Below are positions 1-9,401 of a stretch of 39,602 nt of DNA, piece after piece. The notes below the pieces were generated by a model. That model saw only the letters and a program-made list of their open reading frames with translations. It did not search any database and had not been told where the DNA came from. Position 1 is the first letter of the stretch, and the number at the start of each line of letters is the position of its first letter. Both the position numbers and the translations under genes were made by a program. Source of the DNA: an archaeon (GTDB taxonomy: Archaea; B1Sed10-29; JAJSAI01); NCBI GenBank assembly GCA_024274695.1, contig JAJSAI010000029.1:1-39602 (forward strand), in the 5' to 3' direction.

Positions 1-576
1 GAACTTGGCGTTAACCTTCTTGAAAACGATGTGGTCCACCACGCTGGGGACGCTCCATCCTCCTGAACCCATCTTGCTCCAGTCTATTATGTCCCCGTTG
101 TCCTCTATCACCACGTCTCCGACCACTGAACCGCTGCTTTCTGCCACGAGGTTCAGGTCTTCTCTTGCGAGCCCAAGCGCGACTTCAAGGTCCGTGGACA
201 CAAGGTTGGATTCCGTCTGGTCGTTAAAGGTTTGTATTTTTGTTCCGGGTATGGTTCCCAGGACACTGTAGAAGAGGTCTCTGATGGTGGTTGTTTTGTG
301 CTTTTTCAGCAGCTCGTTGTAGCAGGTTTCTGCTACTTTAAGAGTCTGCATGAACTTCCTCGTGTGCGCTACGTTCATGTACCTCCTGCGGGTCTTGGAA
401 GTTCCCAGCACCAGCCTCTTCTTTTCAGGGTAGAACACTCCTTTTCTCACGGGCATTTCAAACTCAGGGGGCAGTCCCTTGTATATGCTGTCCTGTATCC
501 TGCGCATCATCTCCTCTATCTTTTTCATGCTGCGCAGTTCTTGTTCTCTCCTGAGTTCCTCAGACGTCTTCGGCAT
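1..576 (-). CDS. top6A: DNA topoisomerase VI subunit A, 5' part (runs off the window edge)
   Basis: Not in the ORF track. Manual translation from ATG 576 is open to base 1: MPKTSEELRREQ...KFMQTL...TTIRDLFYSV...FNDQTESN...DLEVALGLAREDL...GGWSVPS. It has the Spo11/Top6A catalytic Tyr motif RDLFY and overlaps the top6B stop by 17 nt. Confidence 0.93.
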   Translation of the reverse strand, partial: MPKTSEELRREQELRSMKKIEEMMRRIQDSIYKGLPPEFEMPVRKGVFYPEKKRLVLGTSKTRRRYMNVAHTRKFMQTLKVAETCYNELLKKHKTTTIRDLFYSVLGTIPGTKIQTFNDQTESNLVSTDLEVALGLAREDLNLVAESSGSVVGDVVIEDNGDIIDWSKMGSGGWSVPSVVDHIVFKKVNAKF

Positions 577-2179
577 CAGCATCTTCCTCCAACTCTTCTT
601 CTGGCACGGGCTCCTCAGGCTCGGGCTCTTCCGTTATCTCATGGTATCTTGATTCCACGATTCTCTTAAGCCGGTTTAGTAGATCCTCGTAGTCAGCACC
701 TGTGACCGCCGCGATGGACTGGGCTACGGGTATCGCGTAGACCTCCAGGGTCCTTTTCTTCTTTTCCATTTCCGCTTTTCTTCTCTTTCCGGACAGGTAC
801 GCTGAAACCCTCCTGCCCGCGTCCTGCAGTGCGAGTCTTATTTCTTTCATCACTTCCTCTTCTTCTGCTATCGCTTCTTTTCCTGCTCCCGTGTACGGGA
901 CGTGGATTGATGTGAAGTTCACGATCACGGTGACAGGGGTCTGGGGGGTTACACCGTACCTTTTCCAGTCAATACTGTTAACCGCCTTTGTTATCGCGCA
1001 CCCTCCCGCGTCAAACAGGAGGGGGACCCTGTTGGCGAACCTCATTATCTTGATGCTTATGTCGTTCCCGTTAGACTTTTGTGATTCTGTTTCCAGACCA
1101 CCGCCGTAGGCTATTGCCGCTTCTACTATGAACGGCACTCCCCCCCTGTACAGCGCAGGGGGCCTCGTGATTATCTTGTAGTACTCTGGCTTGAGCACGT
1201 TCTTGACTGCCTTTTCAAGTTCTTTTTCTCCTATGGGGATCAGGCAGTCAGTCGGGGGTGCTATGAACTTTACCTTCTTTATTGCCTTTACTATCCTTTC
1301 CGCTTCATCCCAGGTCATGGCGCTCGGCTTTTTCTGGAAGTCTACTCCAGAGAGGGTCTCGAGTTCCTTGGCCTTCTTCGCGCTTATTCTCGAGAAGTCG
1401 TTCATCAAGAAGGCTTTTATGGTCCGAGCCTTCGTGTGAGCAGCAAAGTACATCAGGTCATCGGTTTCTATTCCCTTAGGATGGGGCTTTGTTTCTTTCG
1501 GGATCTTGGGCAGCACGTTAAGCGCCCTATCCCATACAGTGACAACGCCGTCAGGGTTCTTCCAAGTTATTCTCGCGTGAGGGTTGGCCAGCGCAGTCCG
1601 GCGCAGGTACTCGTCAGGAGACCTCTCCCCCCTCTGGTAAAGCACGCCCTTGAGTTCTGTTTCTATTCTTGTTCCTCTCATCTGTCCAGGATACTCTTTA
1701 GCGTCTTCAACGTTTGCCCTGTTGTGCTTTATGTCTATGGATATCAGGGCTTCGTATATCATCCCGTTTCCCGTGCTGGTGATTATCCTGGTGGGCTTTC
1801 CTGTCGTGACCTGAGAGAACATAACCACTCCAGTAGCCCCGATACCCTGCTGTCCTCTCTGCTGCTTGAAAACGTGGAACTTTGTTCCTGCGAGCATTGT
1901 CCCGAATACCTTTCCAACGTACTCTTTCGGGATTCCTGGACCGTTGTCCTGCACGATGAGCAGGTACCCTTCTCCTTTTTTCCTTAGTTCTACGTAAACG
2001 TCAGGGAGTATTCCCGCTACCTCGCACGCGTCAAGCGCGTTCGTAACGTACTCGTGCACTGCAGTGGTAAGGCTTTTTATGGCCCCAGAATAACCTAGCA
2101 TCTGCCTGTTTTTCCTGAAGAACTCTGCCACAGAGTACTCCCTAAACTCTTTGAAAGCCTCTGAAGCCTTGTCCGCCAA
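560..2179 (-). CDS. top6B: DNA topoisomerase VI subunit B
   Basis: SVAEFFRKNRQMLGY; GHKL motifs HEYVTNALDA, DNGPGI, GTKF, RGQQGIG; RFANRVPLL transducer; TTG start. Confidence 0.96.
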   Translation of the reverse strand: MADKASEAFKEFREYSVAEFFRKNRQMLGYSGAIKSLTTAVHEYVTNALDACEVAGILPDVYVELRKKGEGYLLIVQDNGPGIPKEYVGKVFGTMLAGTKFHVFKQQRGQQGIGATGVVMFSQVTTGKPTRIITSTGNGMIYEALISIDIKHNRANVEDAKEYPGQMRGTRIETELKGVLYQRGERSPDEYLRRTALANPHARITWKNPDGVVTVWDRALNVLPKIPKETKPHPKGIETDDLMYFAAHTKARTIKAFLMNDFSRISAKKAKELETLSGVDFQKKPSAMTWDEAERIVKAIKKVKFIAPPTDCLIPIGEKELEKAVKNVLKPEYYKIITRPPALYRGGVPFIVEAAIAYGGGLETESQKSNGNDISIKIMRFANRVPLLFDAGGCAITKAVNSIDWKRYGVTPQTPVTVIVNFTSIHVPYTGAGKEAIAEEEEVMKEIRLALQDAGRRVSAYLSGKRRKAEMEKKKRTLEVYAIPVAQSIAAVTGADYEDLLNRLKRIVESRYHEITEEPEPEEPVPEEELEEDADAEDV

Positions 2180-2183
2180 TTTT

Positions 2184-2693
2184 TCACCTCTTGTTCCTCT
2201 CGAGGAACCTGTACACTGCGGAGTGAGGGGATCCTTCAGCCAGCCTGAGCACTGCCTCCTTTGCGATCCTCACTCCCTCAATATCGCCGAGTATTCCCAC
2301 GTACTTGTCCTGGATTACTACGTCTGTCCTGGTATGCCTTTCTATGGTCTTCCTGGCCTTCCCTTGAGTTCCTATAACACGAGATTTCACCCGACGGAGA
2401 TCGCTGGATATTTCCTCGAGATCTACCACTTCCAGGTACATACTAGGAGAAAGAAGTTTAAAAGCTTTTTCAGGCGGAAAACCGAGTGCTATGGCCCTCA
2501 CGATCTCTATGGCCTTTATGCCGAGGAAAGGGTCTGTTTCGTCCGTCCTGATGACCCTGGCGACTCCTTTTTTCGCGTCCACTATAATCTTTGTCCCAGT
2601 CTCCTCTTCTATTCTCTTCTTGACTTCTCCCTCTTTTCCTATGAGGACCCCTATCCTGTCCTTCGGGAGGATCACTTCGTTCTCGTAGTCCAT
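2184..2693 (-). CDS. KH-domain RNA-processing protein (Dim2/Pno1/Krr1 family)
   Basis: Two KH GxxG motifs (LIGKEG, VIGTQG) and C-terminal GSPHSAVYRFLE; usual neighbour of rio1/top6B in archaea. Confidence 0.9.
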   Translation of the reverse strand: MDYENEVILPKDRIGVLIGKEGEVKKRIEEETGTKIIVDAKKGVARVIRTDETDPFLGIKAIEIVRAIALGFPPEKAFKLLSPSMYLEVVDLEEISSDLRRVKSRVIGTQGKARKTIERHTRTDVVIQDKYVGILGDIEGVRIAKEAVLRLAEGSPHSAVYRFLERNKR

Positions 2694-3337
2694 CCTAGCT
2701 CCTCCAGGATCTTAGGAAGTTGTGAGAGGTTTGGTATAATAATTTTTGCCCCTGCTTTTTCAAGATCCTCTCTCCTGCCAACTCCTGTCAAGACCCCTAC
2801 GGGGATCATTCCAGCCCTCTTTGCCGCGAGCATGTCATAAGGATGATCCCCTACCATGATACAGTCCTCGGAGCGCACTCCCAGGCTCTCAGCCGCTTTA
2901 AGCAGCGGCTCAGGACTTGGTTTTATGCTGCTCACGTCGCTTGCGGAGACGAGCACGTCGTACCAGAACCCCTGCGAGTCCAGGACCGACAGGGCAGTAT
3001 CCCGTGACTTGGTCGTCACGATCCCGACCCCCAGCCCTTTTTCGTGCAACAGTCGCACGACCTCCCTGGCGTGGGGGAGGACCCTTATTCCTGACGCCCT
3101 GCTCTTGTACTTCTCCCTGAACTTGTGGTACAGTTTCTCCGCGGTCTTCTGGTCTATTTGCAGGAGTTCCTGAATCTTTTCCACGGGCCTGTGGCCAACG
3201 AGCCTGCCGTAGAAGCTGTCCTCGGAAATCCTCGGAAGGCCCATCTCGTCGCAGGCCTCGTAGAACGGCCTGAGCAGGTCGTGAACGTCAACCAGCACCC
3301 CGTCAACATCAAACAGGACCGCTCTCTTGAACTTCAT
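2672..3337 (-). CDS. HAD-superfamily hydrolase (phosphoglycolate phosphatase/PpaX-like)
   Basis: FDVDGVLVD motif I, VTTK motif II, KPSPEP motif III, MVGDHPYD motif IV. Confidence 0.9.
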   Translation of the reverse strand: MKFKRAVLFDVDGVLVDVHDLLRPFYEACDEMGLPRISEDSFYGRLVGHRPVEKIQELLQIDQKTAEKLYHKFREKYKSRASGIRVLPHAREVVRLLHEKGLGVGIVTTKSRDTALSVLDSQGFWYDVLVSASDVSSIKPSPEPLLKAAESLGVRSEDCIMVGDHPYDMLAAKRAGMIPVGVLTGVGRREDLEKAGAKIIIPNLSQLPKILEELGWTTRTK

Positions 3338-4050
3338 CCCGCACTCTCTCCAGTGATTCTTTCGTACTCCTCAAGAGGGTTTACCTTGACCCCGTTCTTC
3401 TCCCCGTACTTGCTTATGTTCTCAAGGTCCCTGAGCAGGAACTCTTTAGCCCTAGGGTGCTTCACGCTCACAGCCTGCCCCATGTCAATGAGCACGAGCT
3501 CTTCGCCGTTGACCAGGACATTGAACTCGTTCAAGTCAGCGTGAACGAGGCTCGCGTTATACAGTTTTTCTGACCACTCGAGCATAATCCTAACCTCTTT
3601 TTCAGGGTCTATTGGTCCTGTGTCATGCAAGGTCGGGGCGGGCTCGTCCCCTTTTCCTATGAACTCCATGACCAGCACGTTCTTTCTGTTCGCGATGGGC
3701 TCGGGAACCCTGACCCCTGCGGCAGACGCTTCAAGCAGGTTCTTGAACTCCTTCCGTCCCCACATTTCCACCAGGGCCCTCTTATCCCTTTTTACCCTCT
3801 CGAACCTTGGGTCTCCTTCTATGTAGGCTGCCATGTCCTTGAAGTAACTGGTTTCTATCCGGTATATCTTTACCGCGACCCTTTCTCCTCCAGGCGCTAT
3901 GGCAGAGTACACGTCCGCTTCTTTTCCTGTGGAAATGCAGCCCTCAAGCCCGTCAAGATAGTATCTTCTCATCAGCCACATTATGTTGTCAACAGTATAG
4001 GGCGAGAAGACCCTCTCCCACACCTTCCTGAACTCTTCCCCTTTCCTCAT
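3334..4050 (-). CDS. rio1: RIO1 serine protein kinase
   Basis: ISTGKEADVY P-loop, AVKIYR, GDPRF, LVHADLNEFNVL, IDMGQAV, HPRA. Confidence 0.94.
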   Translation of the reverse strand: MRKGEEFRKVWERVFSPYTVDNIMWLMRRYYLDGLEGCISTGKEADVYSAIAPGGERVAVKIYRIETSYFKDMAAYIEGDPRFERVKRDKRALVEMWGRKEFKNLLEASAAGVRVPEPIANRKNVLVMEFIGKGDEPAPTLHDTGPIDPEKEVRIMLEWSEKLYNASLVHADLNEFNVLVNGEELVLIDMGQAVSVKHPRAKEFLLRDLENISKYGEKNGVKVNPLEEYERITGESAG

Positions 4051-4056
4051 ACCTGG

Positions 4057-4953
4057 TCACAGTAACCTGTTTTTCTTGACGTAAAAGACGAACACGGCCC
4101 AGAACACGATGATGATTCCCATGATGTATGCGAAGGCGTTAGGGTCCTTCTGCAGGGGGAGAAGTATGTTCATCCCGTACACTCCTGAAACCGCTGCGGG
4201 AATGCTTATTAGGACTGTTAGGACAGTGAGTATGTTGATCATTCTGTTCAGTTTATTTGAGGAGACTATAAGGTAGTACTCCCTCAGGTTTGAAAGAGTC
4301 TTCAGAGCGTTCTTGGCAAGGTTATACCGCTCCTCAGACTCGTGAATCAATGACTCTATTATGTCCCTGTCCTGCTCGTAGAAGTTCAGCGTGCCCAAGA
4401 GCCGCGTGTAAACGAGCCTTGTGTTGTAGTACAGCGACACCACGCTGTTCAGGAACGCTTCTTTCCTGAGGAGATCGTTAAGCTCTTCAGGGTCTATCTC
4501 CTCAAAGGCCCTTTTCTTCTGGACCTCTTTGATTATCCTGTTAGTGACCATCTCCAGCTCGAGATCGTTGTACGCGAGCATTTTAATGAGTGTCTTGAGC
4601 CTCTGTGTGGTCACGACATCTCCTGAGGATATCATCCTCTGCAGGAACCCCGGCGTTCTCCTGCACAATGTGAGGATGAAGCTTTCCCCAAGCACTATGA
4701 GGAGGGTGTCCAGCTCTTCTCCGACGATGGTCTTAACCAGCACGTAAACTTTTCCTTGGCCTGTTTCTATTCTGGGTATTTCGTCTGGGTCGAGCCCGTC
4801 CATTAACACGTCAGGGTCAAGGCCCAATCTCTCAGAGAGCGTGTCCAGCTCCTCCGGCGAGGGATCCTGCACACTAACCCAGCACCCCACCCTGAACCTG
4901 GGAAGCGTCTTCAGACTCTTATCCTGTTTAGTCCTCCTGTAGAAGGTTATCAT
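4057..4953 (-). CDS. corA: CorA-family Mg2+ transporter
   Basis: YGMN signature between two C-terminal TM helices; DPDEIPRIE. ATG 4953 preferred over the track start 4971. Confidence 0.9.
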   Translation of the reverse strand: MITFYRRTKQDKSLKTLPRFRVGCWVSVQDPSPEELDTLSERLGLDPDVLMDGLDPDEIPRIETGQGKVYVLVKTIVGEELDTLLIVLGESFILTLCRRTPGFLQRMISSGDVVTTQRLKTLIKMLAYNDLELEMVTNRIIKEVQKKRAFEEIDPEELNDLLRKEAFLNSVVSLYYNTRLVYTRLLGTLNFYEQDRDIIESLIHESEERYNLAKNALKTLSNLREYYLIVSSNKLNRMINILTVLTVLISIPAAVSGVYGMNILLPLQKDPNAFAYIMGIIIVFWAVFVFYVKKNRLL

Positions 4954-5044
4954 GCGGTAAAGAGTGAACACTTTGTGGTTAATATTCTTTCTGCCGCGGT
5001 TCCAGGTTCACGCTTTTATTCTTTTTCTTCTAATACTGGATAGG

Positions 5045-6493
5045 ATGATCGGAAAGATAACTCCCCGCGAGTACCAGGAGAACATTGTCCGGAGCGTGCT
5101 GGAGCACGGGAGCACCCTCGTGATACTCCCAACAGGTCTTGGGAAAACACTGATAGCGGTCATGGTAATCCTCAAGAAACTGGAAGATGGCAAGGCTCTT
5201 TTCCTTGCCCCAACCCGTCCTCTGGTGGAACAGCACGCCCGCACGATAAAAGAGATTACTGGACTGCCCGTGTCCTGCGTTACGGGCATGACTCCCCTCA
5301 AGCAAAGAGAGAAGGAGTACGCGGAGTCCAGGATACTCTGCGCCACGCCGCAAATAGTGTACAACGACCTGCTCAGGGGGATGGTGGACCTCTCAGAGTA
5401 CTCCGTGATAGTTTTTGACGAGGCCCACCGGGCGGTTGGGGACTACGCCTACGTTAAGATCGCGGGAGAGTACCTGAAAACAAGGGAGAAACCCTTGTGC
5501 CTGGGACTCACCGCATCCCCAGGCAGCGACAGGCAGAAGATTGAAGAGGTGAAGAAAAACCTTGGCATAACCCGGATCGAGCTGAGGACAGAGTCAGACC
5601 CTGACGTGAGAAAGTACGTGCACCAGAAAAAAGTGCTGCTCGTCCAGGTCCCGCTCCCTGAAGAGTACGAGAAGCCTCTCAAGATCTTGAAGGAAGTGAG
5701 AAAAGAGCACTTCTCGTGGCTTAAGGAGAAAAACGTGCGGGCGAGCACGCGGACAGACCTCCTAAAGCTCCAGAAGAGGCTGGGCAAGAAGGTCTCGGAG
5801 AACCCTGCCTTTTACCAGATCCTGTCCCGTATAGCTGTCGTGATAAAACTGGACTACCTCATAGAAACCCTTTCAACCCAGGGCCCTGACCAGGCGCTCG
5901 CTTACTACCGGGCTCTTGAACAGGACAAGTCAAAAGCCGCGGCCAGGATCACCCAGGACGAGAGGGTCAGGAGCGCCATGCGCGAGGTAGCCCAGCTGTC
6001 CCTTCATCCGAAGACCCTGAAAGTACTGGACATCCTGTCAGCAGAGTCTCCCGAGCGGGCTATAGTGTTCGCCAACTACCGTGACACCGCGAGCCTGCTG
6101 GAGAAGATCCTGTCACAGAACGGGTTTTCTTGCAGGAGGTTCATAGGACAGGCCAGCAGGCAGAAGGAAAAGGGATACTCCCAGAAAGAACAGGCGAGAG
6201 TGCTTGACCTGTTCAGGAAAGGAGAGATTAACGTGCTCGTGGCGACTTCCATAGGGGAAGAGGGCCTGGACGTGCCCTCCGTGGACGTGGCAATATTCTA
6301 CGAGCCCGTTCCCAGCGCAGTGCGCATGATCCAGCGCAAGGGGAGAACAGGAAGGCACGGGCCCGGCAAAGTTTACGTGCTCATGGCAAAGAACACGCTT
6401 GACCAGGCGTACTACTGGAGCAGCTACCGCAAGGAGAAAAGAATGCAGAAAGAACTCAAAAACCCTCAGAAGAGAATAGGTGATTTCGCTTGA
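5045..6493 (+). CDS. Hef/FANCM/Mph1-like DEAH helicase (helicase half of a split Hef)
   Basis: PREYQ, LPTGLGKT, FDEAHRAVGDY, GLTASPG, ATSIGEEGLD, QRKGRTGR, YYWSS; ends in PIP-box-like QKRIGDF. ATG 5045 preferred. Confidence 0.92.
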   Translation: MIGKITPREYQENIVRSVLEHGSTLVILPTGLGKTLIAVMVILKKLEDGKALFLAPTRPLVEQHARTIKEITGLPVSCVTGMTPLKQREKEYAESRILCATPQIVYNDLLRGMVDLSEYSVIVFDEAHRAVGDYAYVKIAGEYLKTREKPLCLGLTASPGSDRQKIEEVKKNLGITRIELRTESDPDVRKYVHQKKVLLVQVPLPEEYEKPLKILKEVRKEHFSWLKEKNVRASTRTDLLKLQKRLGKKVSENPAFYQILSRIAVVIKLDYLIETLSTQGPDQALAYYRALEQDKSKAAARITQDERVRSAMREVAQLSLHPKTLKVLDILSAESPERAIVFANYRDTASLLEKILSQNGFSCRRFIGQASRQKEKGYSQKEQARVLDLFRKGEINVLVATSIGEEGLDVPSVDVAIFYEPVPSAVRMIQRKGRTGRHGPGKVYVLMAKNTLDQAYYWSSYRKEKRMQKELKNPQKRIGDFA

Positions 6494-7128
6494 AGCCCAC
6501 CGTGTACGCGGACCATAGGGAAAGGAACTCCAGCGTGCTGCCCCTGCTTAAAAAGGAGGCGATCGTGATCCTGAGGAACCTTGAAGTCGGTGACTACGTG
6601 CTGTCAGAAGACGTGGGGGTGGAGAGAAAAACCGCGGCTGATTTTGTCAGTTCAATAATAGACGGCAGGCTGTTTGACCAGGTGAAAAGGCTCAAGGAAG
6701 CGTATCCCAAGCCCCTAGTCATAATAGAAGGGGACCCCTACTATCTTGGCAGGGTGCACGAAAACGCTATACGCGGGGCCCTTTCTCACGTTATCCTGGA
6801 CCAGGGGGTCCCGGTTTACTTCTCGCGGAATGAGGCTGACACGGCCAAGACCCTTGCGCTCATTGCCAGGAGGGAACAGGAGGAGAACGCGCGGCCTGTC
6901 AGGGCAAGGCCGGGCAAGAAAGCCGTCACGATCAGGGACTACCAGAGGATGATAGTAGAATCACTTCCGATGGTGGGCCCCAAACTCGCGGACCAACTTC
7001 TTAAAAAGTTCGGGAGCGTTCAAAAAGTGTTCAACGCGCGGGCCGACGAGCTGATGCAGGTTCCCGGCCTGGGCAAGAAGAAGGCAGAGGAGATAAGGAG
7101 GGTCATAACTGAAAGGTATGATGCTTGA
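6490..7128 (+). CDS. ERCC4/XPF-family structure-specific nuclease with HhH2 domain
   Basis: ADHRE, VGDY, VERKTAADFVSSIIDGRLFDQ, IIEG, two HhH motifs (LPMVGP, VPGLG); TTG start overlaps the helicase TGA; GGTGA SD upstream. Confidence 0.92.
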   Translation: MKPTVYADHRERNSSVLPLLKKEAIVILRNLEVGDYVLSEDVGVERKTAADFVSSIIDGRLFDQVKRLKEAYPKPLVIIEGDPYYLGRVHENAIRGALSHVILDQGVPVYFSRNEADTAKTLALIARREQEENARPVRARPGKKAVTIRDYQRMIVESLPMVGPKLADQLLKKFGSVQKVFNARADELMQVPGLGKKKAEEIRRVITERYDA

Positions 7129-7825
7129 CAGGCAGAGGAGGGTCCTGGGAGAAGAGCTTGACAAGGTAAGGGCGAGAAAAGTGTGCGTGGTCGGGGTGGG
7201 AGCAATAGGCTCCAGCATAGCTCTGAACCTTGCCAGGAACGGCTTTGAACGGCTCGTGCTAGTGGATCCTGACAAGGTTGAGGAAGAAAACCTAGGAACC
7301 CAGGAGTACACGAGAGACCATCTTGGTATGAACAAGGTTGACGCTCTCGCGGGGATTATCAGGAGGATAAACCCAGAAGCTAGAGTTCGTGCGGTGCCCG
7401 AAAGATTCCAGCAGGCTGGAAAGAAGGTGCTAGAATGCGACGTCGTCCTTGACGGGCTTGACACCATGAGGGACCGGTTTGAACTGAACGCGCTTGTCAG
7501 GCGGGGCGGAGGGGAGTACGTGATGGCCGCCTGCGCGGGACTCTCGGGGATGACGGCGTACTTCAGTAACACCTGTCTGGAGTGCGTGTTCCCTGACAGG
7601 AAAGTTGCAGAAACAGCATGCTCCCCAGGAGTGTGTGATACCAACATAAGAGCGATAGGCGTGCTCCCTGAAACCGCCCGGACCGCTGCAGCGCTCGCCA
7701 CCAGCCTGCTCATTACAGGACAGAAGGACGTGCTGGTAGGGTTCGGTATAAAAACAGGGAGCATGGAAAAGATAAGGCTCAAAAAAAGGACAGGCTGTCC
7801 TGTCTGTGGGCAGAAGGTGGAATAA
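7118..7825 (+). CDS. ThiF/MoeB/E1-like (UbaA-like) adenylyltransferase
   Basis: GVGAIGS nucleotide loop, DPDKVEEENL, Zn-binding CLEC and CPVC, candidate catalytic Cys in TACSPGV. Confidence 0.88.
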   Translation: MMLDRQRRVLGEELDKVRARKVCVVGVGAIGSSIALNLARNGFERLVLVDPDKVEEENLGTQEYTRDHLGMNKVDALAGIIRRINPEARVRAVPERFQQAGKKVLECDVVLDGLDTMRDRFELNALVRRGGGEYVMAACAGLSGMTAYFSNTCLECVFPDRKVAETACSPGVCDTNIRAIGVLPETARTAAALATSLLITGQKDVLVGFGIKTGSMEKIRLKKRTGCPVCGQKVE

Positions 7826-7826
7826 A

Positions 7827-9401
7827 ATGTGGGATCCTGAAGAAGTGAAACGCAAGGCCTCTGAAGACTTTGAGAAAGCATGGGTTGAATACTCCAGCGC
7901 GCTCTCACAAGCCAAGGGAAACGTCGCGCTCAAAGAAAAGGGGGACCCCCATCCTCTGGAAGAACTTCGGCAGGACGTGAGAAGAGCATTCCTCAAGAGA
8001 GGGTTCGAGGAAGCGATAAACAAGACAATAATAGACGTCTCTCACGTTTTCATGCAGTACGGGCCAGAGGCCCCCGTAATCCTTGACAGGATATACTACT
8101 TGGCAGGTCTTGAAAGACCGGACATCGGCTTGTCTCCTGAAAAAAAGAGGGAAATAGAAAAAATAATCCCAGGGTTTTCAGGCTACGAGAAACTGCAGGA
8201 GATACTCAGGGAGTACAGGGAAGGTAAAATAGAGGGAGATGACTTTCTGGAAGAACTGGTCACCAAGCTGAAAATAAAAGAGGAGCAGGCTTCAGAACTC
8301 GTGTCTAAAGTGTTCAAGGAATTCGCGGAACTAAAGCCAGTTCCCAGCACTCAGACCCTGCGGTCGCACATGACCGCAGGATGGTTCATAACCCTGCAGG
8401 AGGTCCTCAAGAAGCGATTCACTCCCGTGGCCCTGTTTTCCATAGGGTATAGGTTCAGAAGAGAACAGAAGGAGGACGCCAGGCACCTCAGGGTGCACCT
8501 GGGGGCCTCGGCTGTCATAGCCCACGAGGACATGAACCTTAAGAGGGGAAGGGAGATAACCCGGAGCATACTCGAGGAAATAGGGTTCAAGGAAATAGAG
8601 TTCGTGAAAAAGAAGGCCACTTCCAAGTACTACGCTAAGGGAATGGAAGAAGAGGTGTACGCAAGGCACGGCAAGAGAAAGGTTGAAGTGGCTGACATAG
8701 GCATGTACTCTCCAATAGCCCTGTCGAACTATGGGATAGATGTGCCCGTGTTCAACCTGGGAATGGGGCTGGAGAGAATAGCCATGATAAAGTACGGGTA
8801 CAAGGACGTCAGGGAGCTCGTCTACAGGCAGGCCCTAGCCCCGTTCCTGCTCACAGACCACGAGATCGCGGATCATATAGGAATACACCGGCAGCCGAGC
8901 ACTTCCGAGGGCAGACTGCTCGCTAAATCAGTTTCAAAGGCAATACTGGACTACGGGAACGCTAGAGCGCCTGTCAGGTACAAGGCTTTTGACAGGGACA
9001 TGGGAAAGTATCATGTCACAGTATGGCTTTCAGAAAAGGAAGAGGGGAAGAGCCTGTGCGGGCCCGCGGCCTTGAACGAGGTGGTGGTCTACGACGGGAA
9101 CGTGCTCGCGCTCCCTCCAGGAGGAGGCGCTTTCCAGAATGATCTCGTGAAGACCGCTCTGGAGAAGGGAGTTCATACCAAGATCTTCTTCAGGGACGCC
9201 ATGGGCTGCTACGCGGCCTGGGTCGCGGAGAACATGAAAGAGGGACGGGAAACAGTGCAGTTCAAGAACGTGAAGTCAGCATCTGACATAAACATTCACG
9301 TGCACCCGCTGGTCCAGAGGTACGTCACGGCTCACAAGAAAAGGCTCTCCATTAAGGGGCCTGTGTTCGTGACCATAGAAATAGAGAAGGAGAGAATATG
9401 A
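7827..9401 (+). CDS. sepS: O-phosphoseryl-tRNA(Cys) synthetase (SepRS)
   Basis: QYGPEAPVILDRIYYLAGL-RPDIG, TLRSHMTAGWFITL, FRREQKED (motif 2), SKYY, GMYSPIAL, NLGMGLERIAM (motif 3), EKEEGKSLCGPA and GPVF anticodon domain; ATG 7827 one nt after the thiF stop. Confidence 0.95.
   Translation: MWDPEEVKRKASEDFEKAWVEYSSALSQAKGNVALKEKGDPHPLEELRQDVRRAFLKRGFEEAINKTIIDVSHVFMQYGPEAPVILDRIYYLAGLERPDIGLSPEKKREIEKIIPGFSGYEKLQEILREYREGKIEGDDFLEELVTKLKIKEEQASELVSKVFKEFAELKPVPSTQTLRSHMTAGWFITLQEVLKKRFTPVALFSIGYRFRREQKEDARHLRVHLGASAVIAHEDMNLKRGREITRSILEEIGFKEIEFVKKKATSKYYAKGMEEEVYARHGKRKVEVADIGMYSPIALSNYGIDVPVFNLGMGLERIAMIKYGYKDVRELVYRQALAPFLLTDHEIADHIGIHRQPSTSEGRLLAKSVSKAILDYGNARAPVRYKAFDRDMGKYHVTVWLSEKEEGKSLCGPAALNEVVVYDGNVLALPPGGGAFQNDLVKTALEKGVHTKIFFRDAMGCYAAWVAENMKEGRETVQFKNVKSASDINIHVHPLVQRYVTAHKKRLSIKGPVFVTIEIEKERI

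Noticed and set aside
455-480. Suspected frameshift near the start of top6A at the G5 run (467-471)
   Set aside because: A careful recount gives AAG GGA CTG CCC CCT GAG TTT, in frame from ATG 576 to base 1. The gene is missing from the track only because its stop is outside the window.
7285-7305. ThiF motif NLGTQ instead of NLxRQ, suggesting inactivation
   Set aside because: The Gly-rich loop, both CxxC motifs and a candidate catalytic Cys are intact; one substitution is not enough to call a pseudo-enzyme without an alignment.
6961-8023. Long antisense ORFs (315 aa and 197 aa) and similar shadow ORFs throughout the window
   Set aside because: They lie opposite well-supported genes, have Ser/Leu/Phe-rich antisense composition and show no motifs.
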